In this document: positions 60,681-64,000 of the stretch, piece by piece
Position numbering within the stretch: the stretch's first letter is position 1
Layout: each line of letters begins with the position of its first letter
DNA from: an uncultured Kiritimatiellota bacterium
Lineage (GTDB): Bacteria > Verrucomicrobiota > Kiritimatiellia > RFP12 > UBA1067
Reading direction: 5' to 3'
DNA length: 64,000 nucleotides
NCBI GenBank assembly: GCA_934635045.1
Contig: CAKTZA010000009.1
Location: 4,738-68,737, forward strand
The notes under the pieces: generated by a model
The model's input: the letters and a program-made list of their open reading frames with translations, nothing else
Database searches by the model: none
What the model was told of the DNA's origin: nothing
Made by a program: the position numbers and the translations under genes

Positions 60681-60696
60681 TGCAAGACAAATGCCA
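60681..60696 (-). promoter_or_regulatory. Sigma-54-like (-24/-12) element TGGCATTTGTCTTGCA upstream of carA-pyrG
   Basis: GG and GC dinucleotides sit at canonical spacing, with two mismatches to TGGCACG-N4-TTGCA. The element ends 19 nt upstream of ATG 60661. Confidence 0.45.
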
Positions 60697-60793
60697 ACGC
60701 CCTTCAAACCGCGCGTTTCGTGTCGTTTGCCCGCATTCATCGATGACCACAAGGCTCTCATGGTCAATCGAATGTAAAGTACGCCTTTTCTCA

Positions 60794-62173
60794 TTACAGG
60801 ACATGGAAACGCGCATCTGACGACACAGACAAAAGTTCGGACGGATCGCGCCGCGTCGCCAGCCAAGGGTAGGCGCCGAGCTCGACAAGCGCCTCACCCG
60901 CCAGAAAAAGAGAGCCGCAAATCAAAACCGTGGGGACAGACCCCAAAGTGGTGGGGTCTGTCCCCACATGCGCAGCGGCGGAAGCGGCGGCAATCGCCTC
61001 CGCCAAAGAGGCGCATGGCGTGGCCTCCAGCCCCACAGCCCGCATCCGTGCGGCCAGTTCCGTCGCCGCAAGCGAGCGTGGGTTGCTTGTCCACACGGCG
61101 TAGGCACGCGCCACAAACGGCGAAAGGATCCGCAGAACCTCATCGACATCCTTGTCGCCGCAGGCACCGAAAACCAGGTTGAGCGCGTGCGGCGCATCCG
61201 AACCGAGAAGCTGCGCCAATGACGCCGCAAGCGCCTGTGCCGCCGGCGGGTTGTGCGCACCGTCGACGAGAAACGAGCCAACGCGCTGAAACCGCCCCGG
61301 CCAGACGACGCGGGAGAAGGAAGAGGGTGCTGGGAACGGGGAACGGGGAACAGGGAACGGGGAACGGGGGGCGGTGGACGGGGAACGGGGGGCGAGGACT
61401 TTCAGCGCGGCGAGGGCCGTGACGGCATTCTCGCGGTTGAAGGCGCCCAGCAAAGGAAAATCGGACGGGATTTCCGACTCATCCGCCCATTCGGGCGCAT
61501 AATGGAACGGCGCGTTCCTCTCGACGGCGACGCGGCGCACGACCTCGACGACAGCTGGCGCGTTCCGACCCAAGACGACCGGCACGCCGGGCTTGATGAT
61601 GCCCGCCTTCTCCCATGCGATCTGCTCGACCGCATGCCCCAGCCAGTCGCAGTGGTCGAGGCCGATCTTCGTGATGACGCACAGTTCCGGCTCGCAGACG
61701 TTCGTCGCGTCCAGCCGTCCGCCGAGCCCACATTCGAGAACCGCATGCGAGACCCTTTTCTCGGCAAAGAGCAGAAAGGCGACGGCCGTCAGGGCCTCGA
61801 AGAACGTCAGGCCGTCCGCCGCCGGACACGCCTCGGCCGCTTCCTGGACTTTTCGCGCCAGCCGTTCCAGCGTCTCGTCGTCGACTGGCTCGCCATTCAG
61901 GAAGAACCGCTCGTTCAGCCGGACGAGGTGCGGCGAGGTATAGCGGCCCACGCCGCCTGTCGGCCCCCTTTCGCCGCCCGCGCCCAGCGCCGCGTCGATC
62001 AGCGCGCAGACCGCGCCCTTGCCATTCGTGCCGGCAACGTGAATCGACTTGAACTGCCGCTGCGGATGGCCCAACGTCCGGCAGAGATCCGAAATCGTCT
62101 CCAGACCCGGCTTCATGCCAAACCGTCGCCGCGCGGCCAATGCCGAAAGAAACGACTGTGCCATCTGCGTCAC
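60794..62173 (-). CDS. folC: Bifunctional folylpolyglutamate synthase/dihydrofolate synthase with two repeat-derived insertions
   Basis: IHVAGTNGKGAV P-loop, WPGRFQ box. Start GTG 62173 or ATG 62164. Insertions PRSPFPVPRSPFP and VGTDPTTLGSVPT. Confidence 0.8.
   Translation of the reverse strand: MTQMAQSFLSALAARRRFGMKPGLETISDLCRTLGHPQRQFKSIHVAGTNGKGAVCALIDAALGAGGERGPTGGVGRYTSPHLVRLNERFFLNGEPVDDETLERLARKVQEAAEACPAADGLTFFEALTAVAFLLFAEKRVSHAVLECGLGGRLDATNVCEPELCVITKIGLDHCDWLGHAVEQIAWEKAGIIKPGVPVVLGRNAPAVVEVVRRVAVERNAPFHYAPEWADESEIPSDFPLLGAFNRENAVTALAALKVLAPRSPSTAPRSPFPVPRSPFPAPSSFSRVVWPGRFQRVGSFLVDGAHNPPAAQALAASLAQLLGSDAPHALNLVFGACGDKDVDEVLRILSPFVARAYAVWTSNPRSLAATELAARMRAVGLEATPCASLAEAIAAASAAAHVGTDPTTLGSVPTVLICGSLFLAGEALVELGAYPWLATRRDPSELLSVSSDARFHVL
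60929..60967. repeat. Inverted pair of the 13-mer inside folC
   Basis: cgtggggacagaccccaaagtggtggggtctgtccccac. Confidence 0.9.
61332..61392 (+). repeat. Extended GGGAACGGGG repeat (more than 8 G-runs) in folC
   Basis: gggaacggggaacggggaacagggaacggggaacggggggcggtggacggggaacgggggg. Confidence 0.85.
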
Positions 62174-62186
62174 CCCTCAGCCTTGG

Positions 62187-63560
62187 TCAGAACCTGAACT
62201 CGACCTGCCAGCGGAGGAAGAACGCCGGCTTGCCCGTCTCGAAGTAGTCGCCGGGGTTGAAGAACTCGGCGTAGAGGTGTCCGACGACCTCGAAGCGCTC
62301 GCCCCTCCTGCGGTCGGCGAGCCAGAGCGGGAAGTCGTACCGCCCCTGCGTGAGGAAGCCCTTGAAGAACCCGTCGCCGCCGCCGAGGCCGTCCTGCGCG
62401 GCCGCGAAGAGCGGCCCCGCGCTCGCCTCCAGCCGATGCGCCCGCCCGAGGTCAAGCCCGGCGGACGCCTTCAGGTGGTGCAGGTTGCTCCACCACGCCG
62501 CGCCGTAATGCGTGCCGTAGAGGAAAAGCTCGGAGTCATTGACGCCGCGCGACCACATCGGGTCCCACGCGCCGTGCCCGCCGTCCTCGTCCGCCGCGTC
62601 GTCGTCGCCGCTCATGAAGCGGTAGCCGAGCGAGCCGTAGGGCCTCGCGGACGACGCCGTCGCCGACTTCCAGTCGAGGCCCGCGTAGGCGCTCCAGCCG
62701 GTCAGCGTCGCGTGGTCGCCGTTCTCGCCGACCTGCCCCATCGCCTCCAGCTGCAGCGACCATTCCTCGTCGACCTGCGGCAGGAGGCGCGCGCCGACGA
62801 GCTCGCGCTGCGTCTGCGGGTGCCGGACGCCCTTGCGGTCGAACGCGCGCGTGTTCTTCTGCATCGCGAACACCTGATAGGGCAGGGCGGGCGAGAGCCG
62901 CGAGCCCCAGATCGCGCCGAAGCCCCAGTCGTCCATGTCGGGGTCGGCCCCGCCGCCGAGCCCCGTCAGCGACGTGTGCTTCGAGCGGTCGGTCCCCCAG
63001 CGCACGTCGCTGTCGTCGAAGTCGTAGAGCGCGAACAGGTCGAACGTCGACTCGTCCGTCACGTGCAGCTTGAGCGCCGCCATGTCGGAGTAGACCGTCC
63101 GCGAGCCGTCGCCCGGCGTGCCGTCCACGAAGACGTGGCAGAGCCCGCAGTAGCCGTAGAGGTCCTGCCGCCCGACCTTCAGGTCGAGAAAGCCGTCGAA
63201 CAGCCCCGTCCCCTCGACGAAGAGGTTGTCGAGGATGACCTCGTCAGGGAACGTGTGCGTGTTCCTGTACGGCTCGGGACACCAGCGGAACTCGTCCGCG
63301 AGGCGCGCGTGGAGCCGCCATGCGCTCCCGCTCTCGGTCACGCCCTTCACCTCGCCCCAGATGCGCGGACGGAACCGCATGTGCTGGACGAAGCCGCTGC
63401 GCCGCACGGGGAACTGGACGCCGCCGCCCGGCAACCCCGGCACGTTCTGCATGAGCTCCTGACGGACGCGCAAATCCGCGCCCGCGTCGAAGTCGATGCC
63501 GCACTGCGCCCCCAAGGGCAACAGCGCGACAGTCATCAGCCCCCCGAAAAGTCCTTTCAT
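62187..63560 (-). CDS. Outer-membrane beta-barrel protein (alginate-export/porin-like)
   Basis: Start MKGLFGGLMTVALLPLGAQ (signal). Aromatic-rich alternating strands. Terminal ...FFLRWQVEFRF. Confidence 0.5.
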   Translation of the reverse strand: MKGLFGGLMTVALLPLGAQCGIDFDAGADLRVRQELMQNVPGLPGGGVQFPVRRSGFVQHMRFRPRIWGEVKGVTESGSAWRLHARLADEFRWCPEPYRNTHTFPDEVILDNLFVEGTGLFDGFLDLKVGRQDLYGYCGLCHVFVDGTPGDGSRTVYSDMAALKLHVTDESTFDLFALYDFDDSDVRWGTDRSKHTSLTGLGGGADPDMDDWGFGAIWGSRLSPALPYQVFAMQKNTRAFDRKGVRHPQTQRELVGARLLPQVDEEWSLQLEAMGQVGENGDHATLTGWSAYAGLDWKSATASSARPYGSLGYRFMSGDDDAADEDGGHGAWDPMWSRGVNDSELFLYGTHYGAAWWSNLHHLKASAGLDLGRAHRLEASAGPLFAAAQDGLGGGDGFFKGFLTQGRYDFPLWLADRRRGERFEVVGHLYAEFFNPGDYFETGKPAFFLRWQVEFRF

Positions 63561-63643
63561 GGACAGGTCTTGAACCACAGATGGTCACGGACTGTCTGCT
63601 TGACCCGCATCAATCCGTGAAAATCCGTGGCTCTCGTTCGCCT

Positions 63644-64000
63644 TTACTTGACCGGCAGCAGCTTCTCCTGCCCGTTCATGTACGGACGGAGAACCTCCGG
63701 GATCGTGACCGACCCGTCCTCGTTCAAGTGCTGCTCCAGGAGCGCGACCATGAGACGCGGCAGCGCGACGCCCGAGCCGTTGAGCGTGTGGACGAGCTTC
63801 GTCTTGCCGTCCGCATCCTTGAAGCGACAGTTGAGGCGGCGCGCCTGGTAGTCGGTGAAGCACGAGCAGGACGACACTTCCAGCCACTGCTGTTCGCCCG
63901 GCGCCCAGAGCTCAAGGTCGTAGCACTTGGCGGCCGAGAAGCCCATGTCGCCCGAGCAGAGCTGAAGGACGCGGAAGTGGAGGCCGAGGCCCGTGAGGAC
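63644..64000 (-). CDS. serS: Seryl-tRNA synthetase, C-terminal part (5' end beyond the window)
   Basis: ...[43 protein letters not shown]...[19 protein letters not shown] is the class II motif 2/3 region of SerRS. The frame stays open to base 64000. Confidence 0.85.
   Translation of the reverse strand, partial: VLTGLGLHFRVLQLCSGDMGFSAAKCYDLELWAPGEQQWLEVSSCSCFTDYQARRLNCRFKDADGKTKLVHTLNGSGVALPRLMVALLEQHLNEDGSVTIPEVLRPYMNGQEKLLPVK

Noticed and set aside
63579-63643. Direct ATCCGTG repeats and a weak hairpin between serS and the outer-membrane protein gene, as a possible terminator or riboswitch
   Set aside because: The stem is short and imperfect, there is no U-tract, and I recognise no conserved riboswitch core.

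Overview
GC-rich 64-kb bacterial chromosomal window. All 45 protein-coding genes I can support lie on the minus strand, and many are joined by 4-nt ATGA/GTGA stop-start overlaps. The long plus-strand ORFs in the track are Arg/Ala/Pro-rich antisense shadows. Content: (i) a glycan-degradation set (GH92-like, GH42-like, GH2 beta-mannosidase, GH97, esterase-esterase-GH78-like fusion, two XylR/AraC-type regulators, TonB-ExbBD plus a TonB-dependent receptor, secreted lectin-like and beta-helix proteins); (ii) housekeeping genes (dapB, miaB, rlmD-like, panC, rfbA, nadE, glnK-amtB, carA-pyrG, folC, serS); (iii) an accessory island of about 7.2 kb (19.5-26.7 kb) wedged between moxR and its usual DUF58 partner. 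The island carries a CCGG-core type II R-M system, a RhuM-type protein, an AlbA_2/Schlafen-like protein and a very acidic unknown protein. It is organised by two pairs of direct repeats, one of them 475 bp and identical by eye, encoding an N-terminal domain shared by the methyltransferase and the RhuM protein. Other notable signals: a G15 homopolymer early in a secreted beta-helix protein gene; several short-repeat families (GGGGACAGACCCC hairpin 13-mer, GGGAACGGGG G-runs, GGAAGAAGG purine runs, GCAAAG-type intergenic elements) inserted in frame in essential enzymes; a recurrent TGGTATAAT extended -10 promoter, often 7-10 nt from the start codon (leaderless-like); two sigma-54-type promoters (glnK-amtB and carA-pyrG); and a giant TSP3-repeat protein whose C-terminal His/Cys domain plus the downstream gene are clearly lower in GC. 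I saw no rRNA, tRNA, CRISPR array, transposase or integrase. Taxonomy cannot be fixed from the sequence alone. The gene content suggests a glycan-degrading PVC-type bacterium, at low confidence.
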